A stretch of DNA of 64,000 bases from Dimorphilus gyrociliatus. Lineage: Eukaryota; Animalia; Annelida. A program made the translations under genes and the position numbers. The DNA lies in contig CAJFCJ010000006.1 of assembly GCA_904063045.1 (NCBI GenBank), forward strand, positions 992,001 through 1,056,000, written 5' to 3'. This document shows, one piece after another, positions 1-11,700 of this stretch (position 1 is its first letter; each line of letters opens with the position of its first letter). Under the pieces are notes generated by a model. It did no database searches. It was not told the DNA's origin and worked only from the letters and a program-made list of their open reading frames with translations.

Positions 1-1
1 A

Positions 2-1385
2 AGTGAGGATAGTATAACAGATTTTACTGCTCAGCTTCAGTGGCAACAAGTTGATACTAATCCTGATCTTATAAAAGGATTTTTCCGAGGCTATAAGGTT
101 CAATTCTGGAAAGAAGGAGAGAAAGAAAAAACAATGAGAGAACAAGATTTTATTCTCCGCGAACCTGAGAATCCCATACAGCCTAGAATACGCGGTCAGC
201 AACTTTCGCGGAAAAAGAGAGATTTAGAATCAGTAGTTAAAGCTACTCTTACTCATTTACCAGCAAATTCCAGAATTATTGCCAGAGCTCTAGTTCTTAA
301 TAGATACTTCGCTAGTGCACCAAGCCCTGAAGTATCCTTTCAAACAAAACCAGGCAAACCCGGACCTCCATCTACGTTCAATATAGTCAATCGAGGTGCT
401 ACACACTTTGAACTACGTTGGACTAAGCCCAGAGAAGTAAACGGTGAACTTGTTGGCTATGATATCAGTTACCAAATTGTTAAAGATCTCAATTTGGGTA
501 GATTGCAATTTCGTGAACAAGTATCCGATCCTGATGCTAATTATGCTAGATTAACTGGTCTGAGACCAGAGACAAACTATAGAATATATTTATACGCAGT
601 AACAAAAGCAGGAAGAGGAGAGCCTATATTCCTCGATATGACAACGATTCCGGCATCGAGACCATATCCCCCTACATTCTCTATTACCGCAGTCGGTCGA
701 ACTTTTGTAAATCTGACATTCGAACCATCTCGAATTGGAAACCCCGGAAGTGTCTTCTATCCACAATATAGAATAAGAGGTTTCTATCATTGGACTCATG
801 CTCCTGACGAAGTAATAGATTTCAACGCATATATCGGTGATCTTGAGCCAGGAACAACGTATCAGATTAGAATGATGTCAAAGAATGGTGAAACATTCGA
901 GAGTGCTAGCGAGTTCCAAGAATTAAGGACGGATGGTACTCGAGAAGGGAAAGCATCAGCTAGTCAAGGCTGGCATATTGGACTGTGGATAGGACTCATT
1001 CTGGTCATAGCAATCTTCATCGGCTTTATAGTTGGTAAGAAGAGAACCGACGAATGGTGGAAGGATAAAGAAGAAGCTATTGATGATGAAATCCGAGCCT
1101 TACAATCCAGACAAGCAGCGGAGCATTTAAATATGGGATTAACGAATCAGTATGTCGAAGGGTAAGAGAAACACGAAAAACAATATTCTAGCAGCTAATT
1201 TTCTTTCCTTTTTTCGAAACAGAGTGAGTCGGGATTACGACGATTATTCAGCAGCTGAATATCGAGGGGATCAATATCCTCCAGAAACTCCAGTTTCAGA
1301 ATATGCTCCTACTTATAATTACGGTCAAGCAGCAAAAGTTCATCAAGTCGAAGATCCTCAGGAGAAAAGCTCGACGTTTGTTTAG
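2..1385 (+). CDS. L1/neuroglian-family cell adhesion molecule, paralog 1 (5'-truncated by window edge; exons <2-1161, 1223-1385)
   Basis: Frame is open from base 2 (SEDSITDFTAQLQW). It encodes the end of FN3-3 with a basic RKKR site, two further FN3 repeats, a TM (WHIGLWIGLILVIAIFIGFIVG) and a cytoplasmic tail ending KSSTFV. A 61-nt intron (gtaag..ag, 1162-1222) joins the tail in frame. Collinear with paralog 2. Confidence 0.9.
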
Positions 1386-2314
1386 TTAATAATTATAGCT
1401 TTTTAAAGACTTTTGTTCATATGAGGTTTTCTAATGGGATTTTTTTTTTCAAAAAAATTCTTGATACATAGTTTTCCAAGATAATATTCCGATAACTATT
1501 GTTATTTTTTATTCATTTTTTTTATTATATACTTTATTAACCTATTGTATATTGATTGATTATAGTAATAAAGGTAATTATAATAATTTTATACGAAACA
1601 AGATAGAATCGTTAGTCGATTATTTAGTTCACCTTATCAGTTATAACAAATCTTTTTCAATATTACCTTTCTTATCAGGAGTAAGATAAAACTTTGTTTT
1701 TTTTGTTTGAAATATGTTTTATGAACAAAAAAAGATCTACAACAAACGCTTTCTCCATTTTCTTAATTCCCTTTCTTTTTTTTATCATTTTTGATCAAAG
1801 ATACTTGACTTGTTGATATTTTAAATGGTTAAATATTTAGAGACTTTTTTATGACTTATATTTAAATAACGTATATCAGTGTTTTTTGACTGTACCTGAC
1901 TCTTTTTATTATCAGTTCTCCTTTTTCTTTTACTTGAAAAATTCTTCAACAATACTTCTTATTACGTTGAACTTTTTCAAGAGAATTTTTATCCTTTTTT
2001 CTTAATAACTAATAGTCGTTTAATGATAGATTTCTTGATCTGCAATACAATCGCATTAATTAACGCCATCTATTTGAAATAATCACGTGATACATGCAGA
2101 TCGTTGGCGTAGAATGTGTACCTGTTAAAGGTGATAGATAAACTTTTACCTGGTCTTTCTAACGCAAGTTGTTCAATAACCGTTTTATACTTAAATAGAA
2201 ATTATTTTTAAAGGATCTTAATGGAAACTTAGTATTATTCTAATTACGTAAGTTATTCATTCAAACACATAATTCCTACGATTTCTGTTAAAGAGAAAAA
2301 CTTCTTTGTTTAGA

Positions 2315-5300
2315 ATGAAGATGAAAATTCTAATCAGTTTTTTTTCATTGCTTGTATGCTTTGTAATTATTGTACACGGAGAAGTTCAGCCACCTGCTGC
2401 CGATAATGAAAGAAAAGTAATTGTCCCTCCACTTATATATTTACAGCCTGACAAAAACTTGACTTTTGTTATTGGTGAATCTGTTGAAATGCCATGTGTT
2501 GCTTCTGGGGTTCCCGAACCGAAATATCGGTGGGAATTTAATGATAGACCATATGACCCATCCGGTGTAGGTGGAAATGTAGCCATTCAGCCAGGCAAAG
2601 GAACTTTAATCTTTGCTAAACCAGAAACTAGGGATGAAGGAATCTATCAATGTTTTGCTGAAAATGAAGGAGGGACTTCTATTTCTATAAAAGTATATAT
2701 GAGAAGAGCTATTTTACATGCTTTTGATTCTAAATTACCAAGAACACTTTATCCCCGACTTGGTGCTCCCCTAAAGTTATCATGTACACCTCCGAGATCT
2801 TATCCCAAAGCAGATATTTTTTGGGCTCTTGTATCAGAGAACGATTTTTTTGTTCCGATTGAACTAACTCAAAGAATAACGATGGATCCTGATGGAAATT
2901 TGTACATTACTGCTGTTGAGGAAGGGGATAAGCAAAATGGACTAATTTGGGCATGCATGGTTAAAAACGAACTTATGCGAGAAACTAGACAAGGCGAATA
3001 CAAGAAAGTACAGCCTTTGACTGGTCAAGTTCAACTAGGATCACCTACAGTTCTTTATCATCATCCTAGAACACAGGTTTGTCAGTTAAAATATTTTATT
3101 TTGTAAATAATTATTAAAGACATTATGAAAGATTGCTCTGAGAGGAGAAACGTGGAAGATTAAGTGTATATTTGGGGGTAATCCAACACCTCACATCAAC
3201 TGGCATAGAGCTAATGAGCCACTTCCTGATAGGCATAAATTAGAGAGTTTTGGTCAAGAATTAGTCATAAATGACATTCGAGAAAGTGATAATGGAGTTT
3301 ATCAATGCTCTGGAATCAATTCCAATAGTATAAGGCCTGAAAGATTTTCATTTGATTTAAAGGTAGAGGCTGCTCCGTATTGGGTGAATAAACCAATTTC
3401 ACAAGAGATTGCTGAAAATGAACGAGCTGAATTCCTTTGCCTGGGAAACGGTAAACCAGATGTCGAGTACTTTTGGTTTATAAACGACAAGAAATTAGTC
3501 GACGCTCCTGCTAATCCTAATAGATTTGTGTCTAAAAATAAAATGATCTTTACAAATGTTACAAAAGATGATATTCAAGTCATCGCTTGCAACGTTACAA
3601 ACACGCACGGTTATGTTTTCGCTAGTGCTTACCTCAATGTTCAAGTTGAACCTCCACATATCCGAAGGGCACCGAAAATTGGAATGAAATCTGCTGAGGG
3701 TCAAACAATCGACCTAACTTGCGAAGTTTATGGAAGTCCAAAACCTTTAGTTATTTGGTACAAAGGACAAGAACAGCTAACCGGAGGAAGATTTGAAATT
3801 CTACCAGAAGGGCATTTGAGAATAATAGATGTCAGTTTAGTTGACGCAGGATCGTATAGATGTTACGCGGAAAATAATCTTGGAAACACAACAGCTGAAG
3901 GTACTCTAATTGTACGAAGAAAGACAATGATAAGAATTGCTCCGCAAGATGTAGCTGTTTATGAAGGTACTGAAGCAAAATTTACTTGTTCAGCAAATAC
4001 AGATTCTGAAGAAGTGAAGAACCTTAGGATTAGATGGAAAAAAGATAATGCATTCATCGACTTCGAAGAAGCCCAAAGACTGTTCCAAAACACAATGGAT
4101 AACTCATTAACAATATCTGGAACGATATCCTTAGATACAAGTAAATATACCTGTGTTGCTGATAACGGTTTAGATTCTGATGAAAAAAGTGCACAATTAG
4201 TTGTACAAGGCCGTCCAGAACCTCCAACAGAGGTTTCAGTCATTTGTAGATCAAGCACGCAAGAATTAGAAGAAAATCAAGTAAAAATAAGCTGGCAAGC
4301 TCGAAAGGAAAATTACGCTCCTATTCTTAATTACATTGTCCAATATAACACAAGTTTTACACCTGATAATTGGGCTAATATTGAGACAAACATAAGCCAA
4401 ACACAGGATAATATTAAAGTTTTCCTAAGTCCTTGGAGTAATTATACATTCCGAGTATTGGCTAGAAATAAGATCGGTATATCCGAACCTTCTATGCATT
4501 CGCGTGAAATGTGTTTTATCGAAGAAGATATACCAGATAAAAACCCCGATAATGTATTAGGAGAAGGTGATGCTCCGCGGAACCTGATCATTTTTTGGAC
4601 TCCAATGCCTCAAATTGAGCACAACGCTCCCAACTTCAAATATGTTGTAGAATTCCAGCGTGCTGACATTGCAAATTCAAAAGTTTACAGATACAATGTA
4701 GAAGACTGGTGGGAAAATCACTTTCGAGCTGGCGATGAGTTACCCTCATACACACCATATAATATAACCGTCAGAGCTGTCAATCGAAAAGGCCCCTGTG
4801 AAAAACAACCTGCTATCGTTACAGGATATACGGGAGAAGAAAGACCAACAGTTCAAGTTGGAACAATAACAATTGATGAATCTTCTATAACAGATTCTAC
4901 GGCTGAACTTCAATGGAAACAAGTCGACACTAGACCTGAAGTTATCAGGGGTTTCTTTCGAGGCTATAGAATTCAGTTCTGGCAAGAAGGATCAATGGAG
5001 GACACTATAAGAGAGCAAGACTTTATTCTGCGAGAAGGTGAAAGTCGTGTACAACCCAGAATCCGCACACAATTCGTATCGCGTTCAAAGAGATCACTCA
5101 AGTCTGAAGTGAAAGCTAAACTTACTCATTTGCTTCCAAATTCCAAAATTGTCTGTAGGGTTCTTGTTCTCAATAGATATTATGCAGGTGATCCAAGCTC
5201 AGAAGTTACTTTTAATACAAAACCAGGCAAACCCGGACCTCCATCTACGTTCAATATAGCCAATCGAGGTTCTACACACATTGAACTACGTTGGACTAAG

Positions 5301-6261
5301 CCCAGAGAAGTAAACGGTGAACTTGTTGGTTATGATATCAGTTACCAAATTGTTAAAGATCTCAATTTGGGTAGATTGCAATTTCGTGAACAAGTATCCG
5401 ATCCTGAAGCTAATTTTGTCAGATTAACTGGTCTGAGACCAGAGACAAACTATAGAATATATTTATACGCAGTAACAAAAGCAGGAAGAGGAGAGCCTAT
5501 ATTCCTCGATATGACAACGATTCCGGCATCGAGACCATATCCCCCTACATTCTCTATTATGGCAGTCGGTCGAACTTTTGTAAATCTGACATTCGAACCA
5601 TCTCGAATTGGAAACCCCGGAAGTGTCTTCTATCCACAATATAGAATAAGAGGTTTCTATCATTGGACTCATGCTCCTGACGAAGTAATAGATTTCAACG
5701 CATATATCGGTGATCTTGAGCCAGGAACAACGTATCAGATTAGAATGATGTCAAAGAATGGTGAAACATTCGAGAGTGCTAGCGAATACCAAGAATTTAG
5801 GACGGATGGTACTCGAGAAGGGAAAGCATCAGTTAGTCATGGCTGGCATATTGGGCTATGGCTTGGTCTAATTGCAATAGTAGCATTGCTTGTAGCCTTT
5901 GTAATTGTTAAAAAGAAAACAGACGTTTGGTGGACGAAAAAAGAAGGAGAAATAGATGATGAAATCCGAGCTTTACAATCTAGACAAGCAGCTGAACAAT
6001 TGAACGAAGGTTTGGGGAATCAGTATAGTGAAGGGTAAGAGTTTTTTTGCATTATACAATAATATACTCAAACTATCATACTTCCATCACAGGGCAAGTA
6101 GAGATTACGATGACTATTCAATATCGGAATATAAAGGTGATCAATACGAGTATCCGCCAGAAACACCCGTATCGGGATACGCACCATCCTACGATTTCGA
6201 TCAACCACCAAACACGCAACAAAATCAAGAATCCGAAAAGAAGGGTTCAACTTTTGTCTAG
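2315..6261 (+). CDS. L1/neuroglian-family cell adhesion molecule, paralog 2, about 1277 aa (exons 2315-3076, 3132-6034, 6093-6261)
   Basis: Signal peptide, six Ig domains (e.g. DEGIYQC, DAGSYRC), five FN3 repeats with RSKR in FN3-3, TM and a tail ending KGSTFV. Introns of 55 and 58 nt restore one frame. 6 Ig + 5 FN3 is the L1-family architecture. Confidence 0.92.
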
Positions 6262-7449
6262 ACATTGTCTTTTTATATATTGTTCATAGCTCTTTTAATA
6301 CGTTATTTTGATTTGATGATTTTTAAGACTATTACTCTTTTTTTCTTTAAAAAAAAAGCCACAATGTTTTTTTGTTTTCTAATATAAATTTTATTCCTTA
6401 TTTTCTCTATATACTGTACATTTTACCTATAAAGACATGCATATTGTTCAACCAGGAGAGAGGGATGAGACAACGCCATCTAACGGAATATTAGTTTCCG
6501 TAGTTTATTTATTTAGAAGGTTTACGCTAGTTTCTGAGAAAAGTTATAGTGTTTTTTGTATATATATATATACAATATATATGCATGGAAAATATTTAAT
6601 AGATTTATACTTTAATAAGAAAAGAGGCTAGCGATTCTATTTTTAATGATTTACATCTATTTTTAATTTCCTTGCGTAATCGTATATAATTTAGCTATTT
6701 AGATATATACGAGAATGCAAGCATTGCGAAATATTGTTTGCGTTAGTGTGTGTATTATGCATTATCTACAAACTGGGATAATGCGGGAAACCTGGATATT
6801 TTCTAACCGTGAAATGGCCCACATATCGTGTTTTTGTATGATTCGGGATATAAACTCTTAGTTTTTGTGCTAAAAATATAAGAAAGTACCGTATGATGCT
6901 ATCAAAACGGGTTTTTTTTGTTGTAAAAGTAACCTTTTTATTGTTTGAAATTGAAAGGGGAAGCAGATCAAAAGTAAATTCTTCTTTCTTCTACCAACAA
7001 AAAACGACTTTCACTTTGACACTTGAACATCCATCCATTAATAAGTTTACTATAGATGGCGCAAATCCGAAATCAAGTATCTCGATATATTTATATCTGT
7101 ATAAATAGTCATTCGAAACCGTGTCACCGAGGAAAAATGAGTACAAGAGGTTTTTTCAACTATTTTGCAGTCACGTATGATATTCTCTGGTTATTGTTGA
7201 ATTAGAAAGCTATAGAGTTCAAACAAATTTTTAAATTTATTAGCCTAGTGACCTCGTCTCTTTTAACCCCTCTTCCTTCTTCTTTTTTCACTCTCCATAA
7301 ATTTTACTTAACGCATTCCACGTAGGTGAAGAGTTTTCTTTTAGACACTTAGAAGGTCGTTTATCATTTACAAAGTATTACCTCAAGCTGTTTCGGTAGC
7401 TTGACAATGAATAATTTAACGCGTATTCTTTCTTAAATCAATGATAATT

Positions 7450-7714
7450 TACCCCTTTGGTGAGCGCTTATCTAACTCTGTTTGATTGAGACCGCTTCTA
7501 ATATACACCTAATTGGTACGATCGTACTCAATAGGCCTAATAAAAAAGTAAAAGGCCCCCGTAGGGAGCAATTGCTCAACCGCAGTTGGAAAGCTGCCTG
7601 AAAGGGTACCGGTCTACTATCGACGCATGCGCCATTCAATCTTGAGCGAAATTTCGCGCCACTCGCCCGGAAGGCACGGAGAGTGAAAGGCAAAAGTCTA
7701 CGGACAAGGTTTTT
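7450..7714. ncRNA. Candidate structured RNA or cis-element, family not recognised
   Basis: GC-rich island in AT-rich intergenic DNA. It has three perfect 12-bp palindromes and several short stems closed by GGAA/GAAA loops on the plus strand, and ends in a T5 run. No convincing match by eye to U1-U12, SRP, RNase P/MRP, 7SK or U3. Confidence 0.3.
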
Positions 7715-8775
7715 AATGGAAGTTTTTAATCTAACAATAGTGGAAAAAGAATTGTTGATGAAATAATTGAGAAAAGTAAAACGTAAGTGGTCGTTGCGTG
7801 CGTTGTTAAACTGTTTATACAATGTATTAGAAAAATATAAAAGAATGAAAACAGGAAATGTTTTTTTATTTAATAAAAGCCTATATAGACTATATAGTAG
7901 AAAGTAAAGCGACAGAAACGCAACTACCAGCCCCAAATGATTTTCAAACATACAATTAAGTGACTTGTGTAAATCGGACTTATGCAAGTAAATTTGCTTT
8001 TGGCAGTTTGGCGCCGATACATTCGAAAGTTCGAATTATTTATAAACTTGAATATATATATATATATATATGCCTTGTATCTACTTAAAAAAAACTAGGA
8101 GCAACGAATTCCTAGTATCGACTTTGCATATTATTGCTATTCTAACAACTTTCGTCCAGGTAAGTTTTAAAAGCTTAAATTTGTTTGTTTCTATTTTTGG
8201 AAAAGGGAGATTTTTTTTAATTGCATTGTATTTTTCCTGTTTTTGGTATTAAAGTTATATTGTAGTACCATCAGCTGTGGCTGTAACTATATATATATAT
8301 AGTATATATATTTATACACTGTATATATTTAGAAATATCATTGTCATACAAAGGTGTGTTCACCCGCAAACTAGTGCAGTGTATTTATGAAAACGGTATA
8401 CGCTACCTAGATGTATATATATATATATATATGTACATATAGATATATATAGACTACACAGTCCCCTATCATTATTGCCGGACAAACGAAATTAACGAAT
8501 CCCTAAAAGTGAAATTTGCAATCTGACACGTGTTGCAGTCACGGAACCGTATGATTGCCATGAATTCACCACTCAAAACAAACAAGTGTCAAAGGTCTAT
8601 TTAGTTAATAGGAAAAGAAGTTAAGATATTGTGGTGAATTGAATAGTGAACATACATGAACTATATACATACTTTTGTACAGGCAAAGGAAAGTCAATCA
8701 GGATTTTATAGAGAAAGAAAGGGACACAAAGAACTTGATCAATAACGCTCAATATAAACCGTAAAAGCCGGCCTA

Positions 8776-11700
8776 ATGGCAAGTAATCAGGGATCCGTAA
8801 GACCGTCCGCTTTCCAAAGAGTGGGGGCCTTCAGGTATTCGACAGGTTTTCGATATAGAGATAGCTTGGACATAAACTGTTTAGAAAGAGAAAAACCTTT
8901 GTGCACTTCGACGCCCAATGGAACTCTTAACAATAAACCTCGAATACCCCCTCGAACATACAGAAAGAAAACTTTTCAACCAGTTGTGCTGAGCAATACT
9001 GCTCCGGAACCTCGCCTGTTCCAAGAAGTTGAGTCCAGCTATGAAAATATTAGACGAACATGCAATCAATTATTTAAAACGTCTTTCAACTCAACTTCCT
9101 CCTGCCGCACCAGCATTAGACAAACTTCGCTGTTGGGCTCTTATAGAGGAAACATATCTCATTCATCGTCAGACGGCGTGCCAAGGGATCGTTCTCCTTA
9201 CATTGATGGTATGTAGAACATTTTAAAATCTATAATTTGCTCTTCTTTCTGTCTTGTTCTCTCCTCCCCCTTACCCCTTTCCTTTTAAGGATGGCACGTG
9301 TCATCTATGCGCAGCTGGGGGTCGGAATGAAACGGCTCGTTGAATTGATGTAGTAGTAATTATTGTCCGACGTAAGCACGTGTCGTTGTTTTTTGTCGTG
9401 CAACATTTTATTTTCTGCAAATTCATTTACTGCAGCATATTTCAAAGTAATGTCTTTTTTATGTTATTTTTTTCCGCCAAAACGTTTTATTCAATTCTTT
9501 TCCACGTCACATAATGTTTTAACGTTGAGTGAATGTGAAAAGTTGTTAAAGTGATAAATCCGATAATTACACCCTGTTAATGAGGTTGTATTCAGAAGAT
9601 GGTGAATAACTATGTGAGATAATATCGTGCCATTGCGTGTGTTCAAGTGCCGGATTCAACTACGTTTTCGTACAAAAGATTACGTTTAGATTCTCTATAT
9701 TCGCCGGTGCGTAACAAAGCTCGTCGAATGTTACGTCATCGGATACAATGACACAACCCTAGCACGCGACTCTTACGAGCGCTTGATCGGAAATTTGATT
9801 GCTTAGGAACATATTTCAAACGAAAAATTATACCGTGAATAACTAATCTTCCGTTCAAGTCTCAAATAGCAAATACAACATATGCAAGATTATATAAATA
9901 ATAAAGGAAATGAAATTCAATGACCGTAAAAAAAAAAGCATAAGTCGTTGACAATTTTTTGAATAGAATGCAACAACACCAAGTTTTTGTGATGAAAATT
10001 GTTTAAATTCATTCTTTTTCTACACTTGGATTTCCTTCCTTTTGGCCTTTTTTTTCTTCTCATAAATTCTAGTAACCTTACTATTTCCGCTGATAACGAC
10101 ATTGCTATGCGCAACGACATATATTAACTAAAGAAATTAGGTAAATGTTATAAATTGTCTATCAAAGTGTCATAACAGCTGGCAAACCGACCCGAACATT
10201 GAATGTTTGCCTTCCGTGAAAGGCGATTATAATAATACGCAAGCAATTAAGACATAAAGGGAGTTATTAAGAAGATGAAAAGAAATAGGATCAAGGAGAA
10301 TCAACAATCATATTGCCGTTCAATTCAATTCGCGTATTTTTCAATCTGTCTCTAACTCTTACTCTATACATTTGTGTACATTGTTTATTACTAAACTATA
10401 GGAAGTAGCTCGATGTCAGTCATATTGAAAATCCACAATTTTTTCATATTAACAACTCCACCCAAAAGTGTAAGTGTAGGGAAAAAATATTAATTAAGTG
10501 AATTAAGGCCTGTCAGCAAACTATACTGTATTGTCCAAAAAAAAAAAAATGTACGGACAAAACATAATGTGATAGCGGTTAATCTTATGGTCTTATTGTT
10601 TTCGGAATTAATGTGTTCGTAAAAAGGCTATGGAAGAGTTTAGAAAACGATCTTATACCACTTCGTCTGCTCTTGAACGTCTCAAAGATCAGGGTCAACA
10701 GTCGAAGTGGCTTTCCGGTAAGATATAGAATCATCCTATGCGTAGAAAGCTCGCTTTTTATTGATATTCAATAAATGAACTATCTGCATCTGCGCCACAT
10801 TTCTGTGGAGCAGTTGAAATGAGAACAGTGAAAAAAAGGCACGCTCTCTCTATAAGTTGTCTGAATAAATCTTTTTCCTGTTGGAGAATTCGCCTTAGAA
10901 CCCGTTGTTCCAGACGTATTCATAATAGAACTATAGTTTGTATAACATTTTTCAAGTGCTGCTTGATTCAATCGAACCCAAGTGAATGGGGGTCGTGTGA
11001 TAGTCTCTATACTGGCAATACGGATAAAGTTGAAGAAAGGGCACGTCCTATATCTAATTTCTCTTCTTCAGAAGATGATATATTTGATGATAGAATGGAA
11101 GTCATATGGAAAAGGTGGCTAGCGTCACACGAAACGGACGCTTTTTTGCCATCTAACTGTTCATCATCAACAGCCGCTTCTTGGCCGGAAAAGATTAACA
11201 GTGTCCCGGACTTTTTAGTCCCAATCGGTGGGCCAGAATTTTCAATTAAATTAGGGTTAACTACTTGCATTGAAATATATCTTTGTACCGTGCTATTCTA
11301 AGTACAAGGGCGAAGGAAGGCAGCTGTATTTGATTTGAGATTAAGTATTTGTATTTCGTTCCTTCACAGATGAAAGACTGGATACTATACGCCCTCTCAC
11401 GTCTATCAGGAGTAGTATGACAAGCGTTCAGAGGAAAAAGGCGAAGACATATGTTGATAAATGCGCCATCTGTGGTTTTGCTGTGGGAATTGACCGAGTA
11501 ACAACGAGGGATGATTTGTACCATACTTCCTGCTTTAAATGTACCAGGTATAAATGCTAATTAACTACGAAATGTCATTGATAACGACTACCTATCCACT
11601 AAACTCTAGCGGCTGTTATATTTCTTTTCTTTTGAGGTTACTTGCTTGTTTTCAAAGAAATTTTTATGAAATAGGTTTATACGAGATTTTAATATTCCCA

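Noticed and set aside
7450-7714. Assignment of the island to RNase P/MRP, SRP, U11, U3, telomerase RNA or a ribozyme
   Set aside because: Only short scattered similarities; required elements (CR-I/CR-V pair, SRP helix 8 loop, Sm site, C/D boxes, CTAACCCT template) are missing.
7472-7987. 171-aa minus-strand ORF
   Set aside because: No recognisable domain and a Phe/Leu/Asn-rich AT-biased composition; it overlaps the structured island and is probably a chance open frame.
10819-11301. 160-aa plus-strand ORF in a RapGAP intron as another first exon
   Set aside because: The Ser/acidic second half is plausible, but no convincing phase-1 donor was found.
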